A stretch of 64,000 nucleotides of DNA from an uncultured delta proteobacterium (GTDB lineage Bacteria > Myxococcota_A > Polyangia > Polyangiales > Houyiibacteriaceae). Shown here piece after piece: positions 40,281-51,498 of the stretch. How positions within the stretch are numbered: the stretch's first letter is position 1; each line of letters begins with the position of its first letter. A program made the position numbers and the translations under genes. The stretch is taken from positions 1,376,001 to 1,440,000 of the forward strand of contig CAVOVB010000001.1 of assembly GCA_963699755.1 (NCBI GenBank), read 5' to 3'. The notes below the pieces were generated by a model. The model was given only the letters and a program-made list of their open reading frames with translations. It searched no databases and was not told where the DNA came from.

Positions 40281-42368
40281 ATGAAAGATCTCAGTAAGTA
40301 CCGAAACATCGGCATCTTCGCGCATGTGGATGCCGGCAAGACGACGACCACGGAGCGCATCCTCAAGCTCACCGGTAAGATCCACAAGATCGGCGAGGTG
40401 CATGACGGCGCCGCAACCACCGATTTCATGGAGCAGGAGCAGGAGCGCGGCATTACGATTCAGTCCGCCGCAACGACTTGCTTCTGGAATGACCACCAGC
40501 TGAACATCATCGACACGCCGGGACACGTCGATTTCACGATCGAGGTCTATCGTTCACTCAAGGTGCTCGATGGCGGCATAGGCGTCTTCTGCGGCTCGGG
40601 CGGTGTCGAGCCTCAGTCCGAGACCAACTGGCGCTATGCGAACGACTCCAAGGTCGCGCGCCTGATTTTCGTCAACAAGCTCGACCGCTTGGGCGCAGAC
40701 TTTTACCGCGTCGTCGATCAAATCAAGAACGTCCTCGGCGCCAAGCCGCTGGTCATGGTGCTTCCCATCGGAACCGAAGGCGACTTCACCGGCGTCGTCG
40801 ATCTGCTCACCCGCAAGGCATATGTATGGGATGATTCAGGTCAGCCGGAGAGCTTCGAAGTTCAGGAAGTCCCCGAGGACATGAAGGAGCTGGTGGAGAA
40901 ATACCGCTTTGAGCTCATCGAAACCGCCGTCGAGCAAGACGACGAGGCGATGGAGCAGTATCTCGAGGGCAGTGAGCCCGACCTGAAGACGATCAAGAGG
41001 TGCATCCGAATAGGCACACGCGACCTCGAGTTCTTTCCCACGTATTGCGGTTCCGCATTCAAGAACAAGGGCATCCAGCAGGTGCTCGACGCGGTCGTCG
41101 ACTACTTGCCCGATCCGACTGAAGTTCCGCCTCAGCCCGAGATTGATCTCGAAGGGAACGAGACCGGAGAGTTCGCAATCGTCGACGCGAGCAAGCCTGT
41201 TCGCGCGCTTGCATTCAAGATCATGGAGGACCGCTTCGGCGCGCTTACCTTCACTCGCGTCTACTCGGGCACGATCAACAAGGGCGACACCCTGGTCAAC
41301 ACCTTCACCGGCAAGAGCGAGCGAATCGGCCGCATGGTCGAGATGCACGCCGATGACCGAACGATCGTGGATTCGGCGCAGGCCGGCGACATCGTCGCCC
41401 TGGTAGGCCTGAAGGACGTGCGCACCGGCCATACGCTCGCCGACCCGAAGAATCCGGCCACCCTCGAGCCGATGGTGTTCCCCGATCCCGTGATTTCGCT
41501 CGCAGTCAGCACCAAGGACAAGGCCAACAGCGAAAAGCTCAGCACGGCGCTGGGCAAGATGGTTGCCGAGGACCCGTCCTTCCATGTGGAGGTCGATCAG
41601 GAGTCTGGCGAGACCATTCTCAAGGGCATGGGTGAGCTTCATCTGGACATCAAGGTCGACATTCTTCGCCGTAGCCACGGGGTTGCTGTCGACGTTGGCG
41701 CGCCGCAGGTTGCCTACCGCGAGACCGTCACCAAGGCCATCACGGATAGCTACACCCACAAGAAGCAGACCGGCGGCTCCGGCCAGTTCGCGAAGATCGA
41801 ATACGGCATCGAGCCAGCCGAGCCGGGCGAAGGGTTCGTCTTCGAGTCCAACATCGTCGGCGGCAAGATCCCCAAGGAGTTCATTCCGGCCGTCGAGAAA
41901 GGCTTCAAGGTCATGATGGCGGAAGGGCCCCTGTGCGGGTTCCCCCTGCTCGACTGCAAAGTCACGCTCAACGACGGCGCGTTCCACGCGGTCGACTCCT
42001 CGCAGATGGCATTCGAGACGGCGGCAAGGGCGGCCTTCCGCCAGAGCATGCCCAAGGCCGGGCCGCAGCTCCTCGAGCCGATCATGAAAGTCGACGTCTT
42101 CGTTCCCGACGCGAACGTCGGTGATGTCATCGGCGATCTCAACCGCCGCCGCGGCATGGTCAACGCGCAGGAAAAGGGTCACACCAACGTTCGCATCAAG
42201 GCGGACGTGCCGCTGAGCGAGATGTTCGGCTACATCGGTGACCTTCGCTCCGCCACTTCAGGTCGCGGGCAGTTCTCGATGGAATTCAAGAACTACGCGC
42301 CCGTTCCGCGAAACATCCTCGAGAAGGTCCAGGCCGAGGTCGTCGAGCGCAACGCCAAGAAGAAGTAG
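40281..42368 (+). CDS. fusA: Elongation factor G (stand-alone paralog)
   Basis: [39 protein letters not shown]. Confidence 0.96.
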   Translation: MKDLSKYRNIGIFAHVDAGKTTTTERILKLTGKIHKIGEVHDGAATTDFMEQEQERGITIQSAATTCFWNDHQLNIIDTPGHVDFTIEVYRSLKVLDGGIGVFCGSGGVEPQSETNWRYANDSKVARLIFVNKLDRLGADFYRVVDQIKNVLGAKPLVMVLPIGTEGDFTGVVDLLTRKAYVWDDSGQPESFEVQEVPEDMKELVEKYRFELIETAVEQDDEAMEQYLEGSEPDLKTIKRCIRIGTRDLEFFPTYCGSAFKNKGIQQVLDAVVDYLPDPTEVPPQPEIDLEGNETGEFAIVDASKPVRALAFKIMEDRFGALTFTRVYSGTINKGDTLVNTFTGKSERIGRMVEMHADDRTIVDSAQAGDIVALVGLKDVRTGHTLADPKNPATLEPMVFPDPVISLAVSTKDKANSEKLSTALGKMVAEDPSFHVEVDQESGETILKGMGELHLDIKVDILRRSHGVAVDVGAPQVAYRETVTKAITDSYTHKKQTGGSGQFAKIEYGIEPAEPGEGFVFESNIVGGKIPKEFIPAVEKGFKVMMAEGPLCGFPLLDCKVTLNDGAFHAVDSSQMAFETAARAAFRQSMPKAGPQLLEPIMKVDVFVPDANVGDVIGDLNRRRGMVNAQEKGHTNVRIKADVPLSEMFGYIGDLRSATSGRGQFSMEFKNYAPVPRNILEKVQAEVVERNAKKK

Positions 42369-42475
42369 CAAGGGCTCCACGTCAACCAGCTACCGAACCG
42401 AGGCCGCGGCCGCGCTCGCATCGGGCTCGCGGGTAGCGCCACACGCGCTCCGGCACCATATACCCAGAGCTTCTC

Positions 42476-43321
42476 ATGCCACGTTTGATCCCAGTTTTTG
42501 CACTTTGCCTCTTGGCCTGTGCTTCCTGCAGGAAGAAGGCCGACACCGCCGTAAAGGAGACTGCCATGACCAAGAGCGCGAGCGCGCCCGACATCCGAGG
42601 CGAAGAAGTTTCCTATCAAGCAGGCGGCACTACGCTCAAAGGCTACATCGCCTGGGATGCGAGCAGGCCTCAACCTCTGCCTGGAGTCATCGTCGTGCAC
42701 GAGTGGTGGGGGCACAACGAGTATGTCCGGCGACGCGCGCGCATGCTAGCCGCGGAAGGCTATGTCGCGCTGGCCCTCGACATGTACGGCGACGGGAAGA
42801 ACACTCAGCATCCCGAGGACGCGCAAAACTTCGTGATGGAAGCGGTCAGCAACGCGGAGGTCGCCAAGGCGCGCTTCTTGGCTGCAACCGATCTGTTGAA
42901 GAAGCAGGATGCGACCGATCCATCCAAGATCGCCGCGATCGGCTATTGCTTCGGCGGAGCGGTCGTCTTGCAGATGGCCCGTCTCGGGGCAGACCTCGAT
43001 GGGGTTGCGAGCTTTCATGGAACCTTGTCGCCTCAGGGCCCTCCGGCTCAGCGAGGCCTTTTCAAGGCCAAGGTCTTGGTGCTCCATGGTGCCGACGACG
43101 CGCTGGTTCCTCCAGAGCAGGTTGCCGCATTTAAGAAGGAAATGGACGCGGCCGGCGTGGACTACCGGTTCATCGAGTATCCAGGGGCCCAGCACGCTTT
43201 CACGAACCCGGAGGCGACCGAGCGGGGGGCGAAGCTCAAGATGCCCCTGGCGTACGACGAAGCGGCAGACACGCAGAGCTGGGCGGAGCTTCAGAAGTTC
43301 CTTCGAGGGTTGTTCAGCTAG
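42476..43321 (+). CDS. Dienelactone hydrolase family protein with signal peptide
   Basis: HEWWG, GYCFGG, HAFTNP. Confidence 0.92.
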   Translation: MPRLIPVFALCLLACASCRKKADTAVKETAMTKSASAPDIRGEEVSYQAGGTTLKGYIAWDASRPQPLPGVIVVHEWWGHNEYVRRRARMLAAEGYVALALDMYGDGKNTQHPEDAQNFVMEAVSNAEVAKARFLAATDLLKKQDATDPSKIAAIGYCFGGAVVLQMARLGADLDGVASFHGTLSPQGPPAQRGLFKAKVLVLHGADDALVPPEQVAAFKKEMDAAGVDYRFIEYPGAQHAFTNPEATERGAKLKMPLAYDEAADTQSWAELQKFLRGLFS

Positions 43322-43328
43322 CCCGTGC

Positions 43329-44912
43329 TCACGTGAGCTCGCGCCTCATTACCTTACCTGTCGCATTGCGCGGCAGCGCGTCGATGAACACGACGTCGCG
43401 GGGAACTTTGAAGCTCGCCAGGCCCTCCTTCACGTAGGCCTTCACCGCGTCCTCGTCGAGTCTGGCGCTCGGCTTTAGGACGACGAAGGCCTTGAGACGT
43501 TGACCCCACTCCGGATCGCTGACACCGATGACGGCCGCTTCTTCCACGTCGCCGTGGCCGGCGATAAGGTCTTCGATTTCGCGCGGAAATAGGTTTTCGC
43601 CGCCCGAGATGATCATCTCGTCGTCGCGACCGTCGACGAAGAGACGGCCGTTCTCGTCGAAGTGCCCGACGTCACCGCTGCTAACCATCGAGCCCCGCCG
43701 TTCTTTGTCATCACCGCTGGTGTAGCCCTCGAAGGAGATCGAGTTGGCGACGAAGATGCGCCCGGTTTGGCCGATGGGCAGCGGTTCGCCCTGTTCGTCG
43801 AGGATCTTCACCACGGTGCCCAATGGAGGTGTTCCAGCGGTTCCAGGAGCGGCACGCATGTCTTGTGGCGAAGCGACCGTTGCCATGGCGACCTCGGTCG
43901 AGCCGTAGAAGTTGTAGAGGTTGTCTCCAAAGGTATCCATCCACTCGCTTGCCACGTGATCAGGGAGGGCCGAACCGCTCGCCGCCGTGATCCGTAGCGA
44001 GCTCAGGTCGTACTTGCGCTTCACCTCGTCGGGCAGGGCGAGCATGCGTTGCATCATGATCGGAACGACAGCGAGCGAGGTGCACTTGTGCTCGGCGACC
44101 GCACGTAGGGTCGCTTCCGGATCAAAACGTCGAGTCATGACGTAGGTCGTTCCTAGAACCATTCCAAGCTGAAACTGTCCGAGACCCCAAGAATGAAAGA
44201 GCGGAGCCGCGATCATGGTTCGCTCGCCGCTCCGCAGGGGAAGCGCGGAAAGCATCGAGGCGATCGGCATCATGCCTTTTGGAGAGCCACGCTTCGCACC
44301 CTTGGGCGTTCCGGTCGTTCCCGACGTGAGCATGGTGAAGCGCGACTCGATGCTCGGTGGCTCGACGTCGCGGTCTGCGTGGTTCACGATCAGGTCTTCG
44401 ATGCTCTGGTCGTCACCCGATCCGTACACGACGAACCTTGGCATCTCCCGAAGGCCTTCGAGCAAGCCGGTAAACTCCTCGTCGTAGAGTAGAGCGCTGA
44501 CCTTCTCACGCTTCGCGACCTCGGTAAGCTGCGGGGCAGCGAACATGGTGTTCAGCAAGACCATGTTCGCACCGACCTTCGAGCAGGCGAGTATCGCCTC
44601 GACAAAGCCCCGATGATTGCGGCACATGAGGCCGACCACATCGCCCGCGGACACGCCGGCCTCTCGAAGCCCGCGCGCGAGCGCATTGGACCGCCGATTC
44701 ACCTCGTCGAAGGTGGCCGGGCCATCGTCATCGATGACCGCGACCGTATCGGGCTGACGGATCGCGAGCGCGATGAAGCCCATCGCAGGCGAACGTCCCC
44801 AGCCCTTTGCGGCTCTCACGATGCGTATCGTCTTGTCGGGTCGGATCGGTTTGAGTACACCTGCACGATAGAGCACGCGCAGGACTTCGAGCTTCTCGGC
44901 GAGATTTCCCAC
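43329..44912 (-). CDS. Acyl-CoA synthetase (AMP-binding, FadD-like)
   Basis: TSGTTGTPKG, YGSTE, SGDVG, LPRNATGK. Confidence 0.93.
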   Translation of the reverse strand: MGNLAEKLEVLRVLYRAGVLKPIRPDKTIRIVRAAKGWGRSPAMGFIALAIRQPDTVAVIDDDGPATFDEVNRRSNALARGLREAGVSAGDVVGLMCRNHRGFVEAILACSKVGANMVLLNTMFAAPQLTEVAKREKVSALLYDEEFTGLLEGLREMPRFVVYGSGDDQSIEDLIVNHADRDVEPPSIESRFTMLTSGTTGTPKGAKRGSPKGMMPIASMLSALPLRSGERTMIAAPLFHSWGLGQFQLGMVLGTTYVMTRRFDPEATLRAVAEHKCTSLAVVPIMMQRMLALPDEVKRKYDLSSLRITAASGSALPDHVASEWMDTFGDNLYNFYGSTEVAMATVASPQDMRAAPGTAGTPPLGTVVKILDEQGEPLPIGQTGRIFVANSISFEGYTSGDDKERRGSMVSSGDVGHFDENGRLFVDGRDDEMIISGGENLFPREIEDLIAGHGDVEEAAVIGVSDPEWGQRLKAFVVLKPSARLDEDAVKAYVKEGLASFKVPRDVVFIDALPRNATGKVMRRELT

Positions 44913-44994
44913 GCGGCGAGATTAGCGCCTTGCCGCTCTGGTGTCAGGGGGGTGCTGGCGCGACCGCGCTCGGCGGTCTACTTGGATCACGGAC

Positions 44995-46215
44995 ATGCAA
45001 GAGACTCAGACATCGGTGGACGAGAGGCTGGAGATCCCGGCAATGGCCTCATCGCGCGGTCGAGTAGGCGCGCTCATCGCCGGCCTCGTCATGGTGGGAG
45101 CTGCGATGGGGATCTACTTCTTGACCCGTGGTCCAGACGCGAGTCCCTACCGGGCCACCGAGGTCACCAGGGCCTCGATCGTGAACGAGATTCGGGTGAC
45201 CGCAAGCATTGTCCTGACCGACCAAGTGGAGGTGCCCGCGCCCGTCGAGGGACAGCTCGTCGAGGTGGCCGTTCAATCGGGAGACCAGGTGGAGGAGGGT
45301 CAGCTTCTCGCGCGGCTCGACAAGGTGTCCGCCGAGGTTGCCTACCTCATCGCCCAGGCAGACTCGCAGGTCGCGCGCGCGCGCGTCTCCGAGGCGGAGG
45401 CTTCGGCGGAGCGCGCGAGCCGATCACTCGAGCGCACCAATCGGCTCGCCGACAAGGGGCTGGCGAGTGCGAGCGACCTGGAAGCGACGCGTTCCGAAAT
45501 GACCAAAGCGCGGGCGTCTCTCAAGGCGGCCCGAGCTGAGCACTTGGCGGCCCTCGAGCGTGTTTCTCTGCGAGGGCGCGAGCGAGACCAGACCGAGATC
45601 GTCGCTCCGCGCGCAGGACTCGTGCTCGAGGCCCCGTCTCATACCGGCATGGTCGTTGGGCCACGGACACGACTCTTCCGAATCGGTGCTCCGCTCGACC
45701 AGGTGAACGTCGAGGCGCCAATAGGCGAGGCCGACATCGGCGATATGTCGCTCGGCCTCAGCGCCAAGTTCGAGGTGCCCACGTATCCGGGCCGTATCTT
45801 CGAAGCCACCGTGAAGCACATCAGTCCCGACCCCAAGACCGAGCATGGGGCAATCTTCTACATGGTGAAGCTCGCCGCGAACAATCCAGATCACGCGCTC
45901 CTACCTGGCATGACCGCGCAACTCAGGATCAAGGTCGCCCAGGTCGACGATGTGCTGGCGGTGCGCGAGGCGACCCTTCGATTTACGCCTGAGGGCGCCC
46001 CTGAAGCGCCCCCCCGCAGTCGCGTCTGGCGGATCCGCGGGACGGAGCTGGAGGAGGTCCCGGTCGAGGTCGGTTTGTCCGACGGGGCACTCACCGAAGT
46101 CCGCCCGAGCAACCCCGACGACCTTCAAATCGCCGACTCGATCGCAATCGGGCTCGCGTTGGACGGTGACAGTGGCGCCGCGGCTCCTTCCTTGTCGCTC
46201 AAGGGACATCGATGA
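44995..46215 (+). CDS. Efflux periplasmic adaptor (MacA-like)
   Basis: N-terminal TM, lipoyl half-motifs, coiled coil, LLPGMTA. Confidence 0.9.
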   Translation: MQETQTSVDERLEIPAMASSRGRVGALIAGLVMVGAAMGIYFLTRGPDASPYRATEVTRASIVNEIRVTASIVLTDQVEVPAPVEGQLVEVAVQSGDQVEEGQLLARLDKVSAEVAYLIAQADSQVARARVSEAEASAERASRSLERTNRLADKGLASASDLEATRSEMTKARASLKAARAEHLAALERVSLRGRERDQTEIVAPRAGLVLEAPSHTGMVVGPRTRLFRIGAPLDQVNVEAPIGEADIGDMSLGLSAKFEVPTYPGRIFEATVKHISPDPKTEHGAIFYMVKLAANNPDHALLPGMTAQLRIKVAQVDDVLAVREATLRFTPEGAPEAPPRSRVWRIRGTELEEVPVEVGLSDGALTEVRPSNPDDLQIADSIAIGLALDGDSGAAAPSLSLKGHR

Positions 46216-46913
46216 CTGCTACGTCGATCGTCGAGGCTCGAGGCATTCGAAAGGTGTTTCCGAACATGACGGCGCCCGTGCTCGACGGGGTGAGCCTGCG
46301 CGTCGATCGGGGAGAAATCGTCGCGCTCATGGGGCCGTCGGGCTCGGGGAAGTCGACCTTGATGAACATCCTCGGCTGCCTCGACGGTCCGTCGGACGGT
46401 TCGTATTCGCTTGGGGGCAAGGACGTTTCCACCTTGAGCTCGCGGGAACGCGCCTGGGTACGACTTCACTACATCGGTTTCATCTTTCAATCGTTTTACC
46501 TGATCGCAGACCACACCGTCCTCGAGAACGTGACGCTCCCGCTCTACTACGCTGGCGTGGATCGGCACCAGCGCGAGGCGCGCGCCGTCGAGCTCATCGA
46601 GCGGGTCGGCTTGGGTCATCGATTAAGCCACAGGCCGGCGCAGCTTTCGGGCGGTGAGAAGCAGCGCGTGGCGATTGCCCGCGCCGTTTCGGGTCAGCCT
46701 CGCCTCCTCCTTGCCGATGAGCCCACTGGCGCCCTCGATACGAAGACCGGCAACGAGGTCATGGAGCTGCTTCTAGAGATCCACGAGGCCAGAGCCCTGA
46801 CCTTGATCATCGTGACGCACGACCCGGAGATTGCGCAGTATTGCCACCGTCAGATCTATCTGCGGGACGGAAAGATCGTCCCCGAGGGAGGTCGGCATGC
46901 CGCGGACGCGTAG
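46212..46913 (+). CDS. ABC transporter ATP-binding protein (MacB/LolD family)
   Basis: GPSGSGKS, LSGGEKQRVAIAR, LADEPTGALD. Confidence 0.95.
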   Translation: MTATSIVEARGIRKVFPNMTAPVLDGVSLRVDRGEIVALMGPSGSGKSTLMNILGCLDGPSDGSYSLGGKDVSTLSSRERAWVRLHYIGFIFQSFYLIADHTVLENVTLPLYYAGVDRHQREARAVELIERVGLGHRLSHRPAQLSGGEKQRVAIARAVSGQPRLLLADEPTGALDTKTGNEVMELLLEIHEARALTLIIVTHDPEIAQYCHRQIYLRDGKIVPEGGRHAADA

Positions 46914-48111
46914 TGAGGTCGTCGGACGTGCGGTCCGCACTGCGATCCGGAATCCCGGCCGCACGTTGCTCACGATGCTGGGGCTCGCAATTGGCGTCGG
47001 TGCATTCCTCGCCATGGTGAGCTTCGGAAGCGGAGCACGCAGCTCGGTGATGGAGCAGTTTGAAATCCTGGGAACCCGGGTCGTCTACATCTGGACGAAC
47101 ATGGGGCGTCGCGACTTCGGAGGAGCTGCGAGGCCGCTGACCGATGCCGATGTCGACGCGTTGCTGCGTGACTCGATGACGATCGAGAGGGTGGTTCCGC
47201 GCATCACCGAGGTGCAGAACGTGAAGTCGGTCTACCGAACGTCTCCCATCAACGTCACCGGAACGAAGCCGGACTTCGTCCACATTCGCGAGTGGCCGAT
47301 GCTGATGGGAGGGATGTTCGACGAGACCGACGTCGTGCAGCGGGCGAAAGTCGCCGTCATTGGCACCACCGTTGCGCGCGAGCTCTTCGGCCGCCGCGAC
47401 CCGGTGGGGCAGACCATCACGATTGGGGCCAACCTTCCGTGCCGAATCATCGGCGTTCTGGTTTCGAAGGGCGAACAAACCACCGGCGAAGACATGGACG
47501 AGATCGTCTTGATCCCGGCGACAACCTACCAAGCATTTCTCGGCACGCCCATCGGCTACCACGAGCTCATGGTGCAGGTCCGAGACCTCAGTCTCATCGA
47601 GACGGCCATGCTCGAAGCAGTGCCGATCATGCGACGCTCGCATCGTCTGGCCGATATCGAGGAAGACGACTTCAGGATGGCGAGCCCTGCGCAAGCTGCG
47701 CAGCTCGCACGCTTCGTTTCGACGGTTCTCACCGGCCTACTGGTCGGTATCGCCGCCGTGTCGTTGCTCGTCGGTGGAATCGGCGTGATGAACATCCAGT
47801 TGGTTTCGGTCGCCGAACGGACTCAAGAAATCGGCATTCGATCCGCGATCGGCGCCTCGCCGAGACAGATTTTGATGCAGTTTCTCGCTGAAGCCGTGGT
47901 CTTGTCGTTCACCGGTTCATTGGCAGGCGTGGCGCTAGGTTGGCTCGCGTCCACCATGGTCGGTCGGGCCATGACCTGGTCGGGCAATCTTTCGCTCCTG
48001 ATGATGATGGCTGCGGCTCTTTTCGGAACCAGTGTCGGCGTAGCTTTCGGGTATCTTCCGGCGCGACGCGCAGCGCAGCTCGAGCCCATCGAAGCGCTAC
48101 GCCATGAATGA
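46897..48111 (+). CDS. ABC transporter permease (MacB/FtsX family)
   Basis: RTLLTMLGLAIGV, GGIGVMNI..SVAERTQEIGIR, PIEALRHE. Confidence 0.94.
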   Translation: MPRTRSEVVGRAVRTAIRNPGRTLLTMLGLAIGVGAFLAMVSFGSGARSSVMEQFEILGTRVVYIWTNMGRRDFGGAARPLTDADVDALLRDSMTIERVVPRITEVQNVKSVYRTSPINVTGTKPDFVHIREWPMLMGGMFDETDVVQRAKVAVIGTTVARELFGRRDPVGQTITIGANLPCRIIGVLVSKGEQTTGEDMDEIVLIPATTYQAFLGTPIGYHELMVQVRDLSLIETAMLEAVPIMRRSHRLADIEEDDFRMASPAQAAQLARFVSTVLTGLLVGIAAVSLLVGGIGVMNIQLVSVAERTQEIGIRSAIGASPRQILMQFLAEAVVLSFTGSLAGVALGWLASTMVGRAMTWSGNLSLLMMMAAALFGTSVGVAFGYLPARRAAQLEPIEALRHE

Positions 48112-49427
48112 GGTGGAACATGAATATGGTCTGCGAAAGGAAGGGCGGAGGGGTGGCCGTGCTGGTCGTGCTCGCCGCGATGCTCGCGCCGACAGCGGTA
48201 TCGGCTGAAGTCGTCACACTGCAGAAGCTAGAGACGCTCTCGCTTCAGAACCAAGCGCATTGGGAGGCCGTCGAAGCGGGCGCGGTGCGGGCGGACGCGG
48301 AGGTCGACGCGGCTCGAGCGGGGAAGATGCCCACATTCTGGATGAACATCATGGGCGTCGCGGCACCTGGCTCTTACATCGAGCGTGTCCAAACCGTGGA
48401 CGGGCGCGTGGTCAACGTCCAGGCGTCCCCCACGGTTACGGAGAGCACAGCGTTTCGGCCAAACATTCGGTACGAGGGGACGATCGACATGCGCGCACCC
48501 ATTTATGACAGTCAGACCCGGGCCTCGATCAAGGCGGCAGAAGCGTATCGAGCCGCTGCGGAGGCCAACTCTGGCGCGTCTCGCGAGACTGTGCTCAGCA
48601 TGGTGCGCGCCGCCTATCTCGATTGGTTGGCGACCGAGCTGACACAGGACTTGGCGCTAGGCTCCGCAGAGGAGGCCAAGGCGCAGCGCGAACGCATCGA
48701 AGAACGGGTCTCGGACGGGGATCGCGCGCCTTCCGAGCTCGAAACTGCGCGCTACGAAGAGCTCCAGGCAGAGCTCGTTGCGGCGGATGCCAGGGCGAGA
48801 GCCGTCGCCGCCAAGCGGCTCTTGGAATCTGCGGTCGGAAGCGAGCTCTCCCCGGACGCAGAGCCGGACAGCTCGCTTCTGAGCATGGACTCCAGCGAGC
48901 TCGACTCGGATAGGGGTTGGGAGGCGGAAGCGCTCGAACGGCAACGCGACGCGGCGCTTCAAGAGGCGCGGATGCATCGCAAGGGTCGAGCCCCGGTCCT
49001 CGCCATCATTGGCCAAACCGGTCTGGCCGGCGTCAACGAGCGGGTGTTCCCGATGTATCGACTCGGTCTCAATCTTGCGGTGCCCCTCTGGGACGGAGGC
49101 AAGGCGGTCGCTCTGGCGCGCGCTGCCGACGCCCAAGGCAGCGAGTTTGGCGCGCGTGCCCGCGAAGCGCGCCTGGCCCGAAACGACGCGCTGCAACAGG
49201 CCCTCCTCGATCGGGAGCACAGCGAAGAGCAACTCGATCTCGCCGATCGCCTCGTCGCCGTTTCGGAGATTCGCGTGGAGCAAGCACAGACGAGCTACGA
49301 GCTCGGCGCAGGGGATGTCGAGACTGTCGCCGACGCGCGCGTCGCGCTCCGGGATGCCCAATCCCGCCGCGTTCAAATCCAAGTCGCCCGCGCCGATGCC
49401 ATTCTGCGGCTGGGCGGCAAAAACTGA
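48108..49427 (+). CDS. TolC family outer membrane protein
   Basis: Signal peptide, two OEP-like repeats, LAVPLWDGG, YELG; operon context. Confidence 0.85.
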   Translation: MRWNMNMVCERKGGGVAVLVVLAAMLAPTAVSAEVVTLQKLETLSLQNQAHWEAVEAGAVRADAEVDAARAGKMPTFWMNIMGVAAPGSYIERVQTVDGRVVNVQASPTVTESTAFRPNIRYEGTIDMRAPIYDSQTRASIKAAEAYRAAAEANSGASRETVLSMVRAAYLDWLATELTQDLALGSAEEAKAQRERIEERVSDGDRAPSELETARYEELQAELVAADARARAVAAKRLLESAVGSELSPDAEPDSSLLSMDSSELDSDRGWEAEALERQRDAALQEARMHRKGRAPVLAIIGQTGLAGVNERVFPMYRLGLNLAVPLWDGGKAVALARAADAQGSEFGARAREARLARNDALQQALLDREHSEEQLDLADRLVAVSEIRVEQAQTSYELGAGDVETVADARVALRDAQSRRVQIQVARADAILRLGGKN

Positions 49428-49428
49428 G

Positions 49429-51498
49429 CTAGAAACGAAAGACGTACTCGACCCAGAGCCAGTGCTCAGGGTTGGGCACGCGCGCTTGCGTCGACTCACG
49501 CTCATCTACAAACACGCGGAAGTCGTAGCGAAACCGCAATACGTCGCGGTCGCGCAAGTCGAGCGCGACGTCTAAATGCGCCCACAGCCGTTGGGGAAGG
49601 CGATGATTGTCCCAGACGTCGTCGAAGTCGTAGCGTACACGGAGGGCGATGCGCAGCCGGTCGAGCGGGCGGGTCGTGACGTTCAGGATTGCAGCCATGT
49701 CCTGCTGAAGCCGGTGGCCCCCGAGCTTCCCCTTCCAGCGGTACCGAAACTGCCCCGACAAGCCGACTCGGCCTTGTGGCGCATAGGCGAGCTGCGTCGC
49801 CGCCACGAACCGCTGGCCAGCACCATTTCGATACTCGCCCCAGGTTGCCCAGGTCCATGACGAGCTGATTCGCCAATCCGTACGCGCGAAGACGAGCGCG
49901 TTGAGCAGACGGGAAGAGAGCTGACGCCATCCATCGATGAGCGCGCGGAGCCCAACGTGGCGTCCAAGCCGAGCTGTTGCGCGAAGTCGAACCCCGGCCT
50001 CGTCCGTCGCCCGCAATCCGCCTAGCTCGTCCGGAGCCGAGACGGATCGCGCATAGGGATTCGCGAAACGCGAAGTGTAGTATCGCAGCGAAGCGTCGAG
50101 CTCGCTATTGGGCAGCGTGGTCACGCTTCGAAGCACGGCGCCGTATCCGCCTCTACCGGCAGGCTGAGCATCGAAGCTCCGCGCCACCTCGACGAAGAAG
50201 TCTTGCGAACCGAAGCCGAACGCTGCGTCTAGCCCCAGAGCTCCGAAAGGCCCACCGAACGGCCTGCGCGAAAAATCTTGGAAACCGAGCTCGGCGCCTC
50301 GGACGAGCCACCTCGGCACCGAGCCATAGCCGGTGATGCCGAGATGAGCCCGGTCCCTCCAGAAATAGCTCATGTTCGCGCCTGCAAGCCCCTCGGCGAA
50401 CATCGCCGGCAGGGTGGCGAACCTGGCTGTGCTCGCGGGTGCCCTTTGGTCGACTGTTCTCACGTAGACTCGCGGCGACACGCAGCCCGGGTCGGCATCT
50501 CGGCGAGGGTCGGCACAAGTAGCCGCATCGACGAGCTCGATCTGCGGAATGCGGTGGACTTGATACGAGCCCCATGCGTAGGCCTGCAGCCATCCTTTCC
50601 CAAGACGAAGCTCCTTCAATCCTATGGCGATGCCTGCAAGGCGATTCGTCCATGCGAAGTCGGGCGTGACCCTCGACTGCGGACCGGCCGAGCAGGGCGA
50701 TTGTGCAAGCTCTCCGGCCGCGCGTCTACATCGGAGCGCAAGCTCGTTGTCCCATCGAAGCTCGTAGTCACCGAACGAACCGTTCGGCGCCACCTGGTCG
50801 GTCACATCAAACGTCAGCCGTTGCCCGAAACCAATGCGATAGGTTCCTGCCACGATCTCCCAGTCGTCGTCCTTCCATTCGACATAAAGCTTGGGAACCT
50901 CGAACCGTACTCCTTCGGGCGCGGCGCTAAGCGCATTTCGATTCGGATCCCAGCGAACCCGACGCAAGCCGTTTCGCGTCAAGGCCCCGGCTATGCCGAT
51001 GTCCAAGTTGCCCAGCGTCCGGACCCGCGCCTGGAGCGCGGACGCGGGTGGTAGTCGGTCGTATCGGCCCGTCCATCGTCCTTGGAGCCGCAGCGAGCCC
51101 AGGGTTCGTGACCTTCCGCGCTCCGGATCGCGGAAGACGACGAATGCGCGAAGGGAACGCGCCAAGTTCGACTCCAGCACGCCGGCCTCGATCAACTCGT
51201 CCAAGCCGTGAATCGTCCCAGCCGCGTTGCGATAGGCGAGGAGCTCGTCGACCTGCGCGTAGTCCAGGTTTGGAAGTAGATACAAACTCTCCCGTCCGGC
51301 CCGATTGAGGTCGACGCGAGTCTGATGAAGGAGCAGGAGTGCGTTGAAGGACTGCTCCGAGATTTGCTCGGTGGCGAGGAGGTCGTACAGGTCTTCCTCG
51401 GTTTCGACGTCGATGAAGATTTCGTACTCGGCCGCAGATGCCGTGCGAGCGGAGAGCAGAAGAAGGAAGCCGAAGAACAGGGCGTGCCTCAGGAGCAC
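49429..51498 (-). CDS. ComEA-type helix-hairpin-helix domain fused to a predicted outer-membrane beta-barrel
   Basis: Signal peptide, VDLNRAGRESLYLLPNL...LLAYRNAAG, amphipathic beta-strands, terminal WVEYVFRF. Confidence 0.8.
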   Translation of the reverse strand: MLLRHALFFGFLLLLSARTASAAEYEIFIDVETEEDLYDLLATEQISEQSFNALLLLHQTRVDLNRAGRESLYLLPNLDYAQVDELLAYRNAAGTIHGLDELIEAGVLESNLARSLRAFVVFRDPERGRSRTLGSLRLQGRWTGRYDRLPPASALQARVRTLGNLDIGIAGALTRNGLRRVRWDPNRNALSAAPEGVRFEVPKLYVEWKDDDWEIVAGTYRIGFGQRLTFDVTDQVAPNGSFGDYELRWDNELALRCRRAAGELAQSPCSAGPQSRVTPDFAWTNRLAGIAIGLKELRLGKGWLQAYAWGSYQVHRIPQIELVDAATCADPRRDADPGCVSPRVYVRTVDQRAPASTARFATLPAMFAEGLAGANMSYFWRDRAHLGITGYGSVPRWLVRGAELGFQDFSRRPFGGPFGALGLDAAFGFGSQDFFVEVARSFDAQPAGRGGYGAVLRSVTTLPNSELDASLRYYTSRFANPYARSVSAPDELGGLRATDEAGVRLRATARLGRHVGLRALIDGWRQLSSRLLNALVFARTDWRISSSWTWATWGEYRNGAGQRFVAATQLAYAPQGRVGLSGQFRYRWKGKLGGHRLQQDMAAILNVTTRPLDRLRIALRVRYDFDDVWDNHRLPQRLWAHLDVALDLRDRDVLRFRYDFRVFVDERESTQARVPNPEHWLWVEYVFRF

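Noticed and set aside
44995..49427. MacAB-TolC as part of the DNA-uptake operon
   Set aside because: It is transcribed convergently and is an ordinary tripartite exporter; nothing in the sequence links the two.
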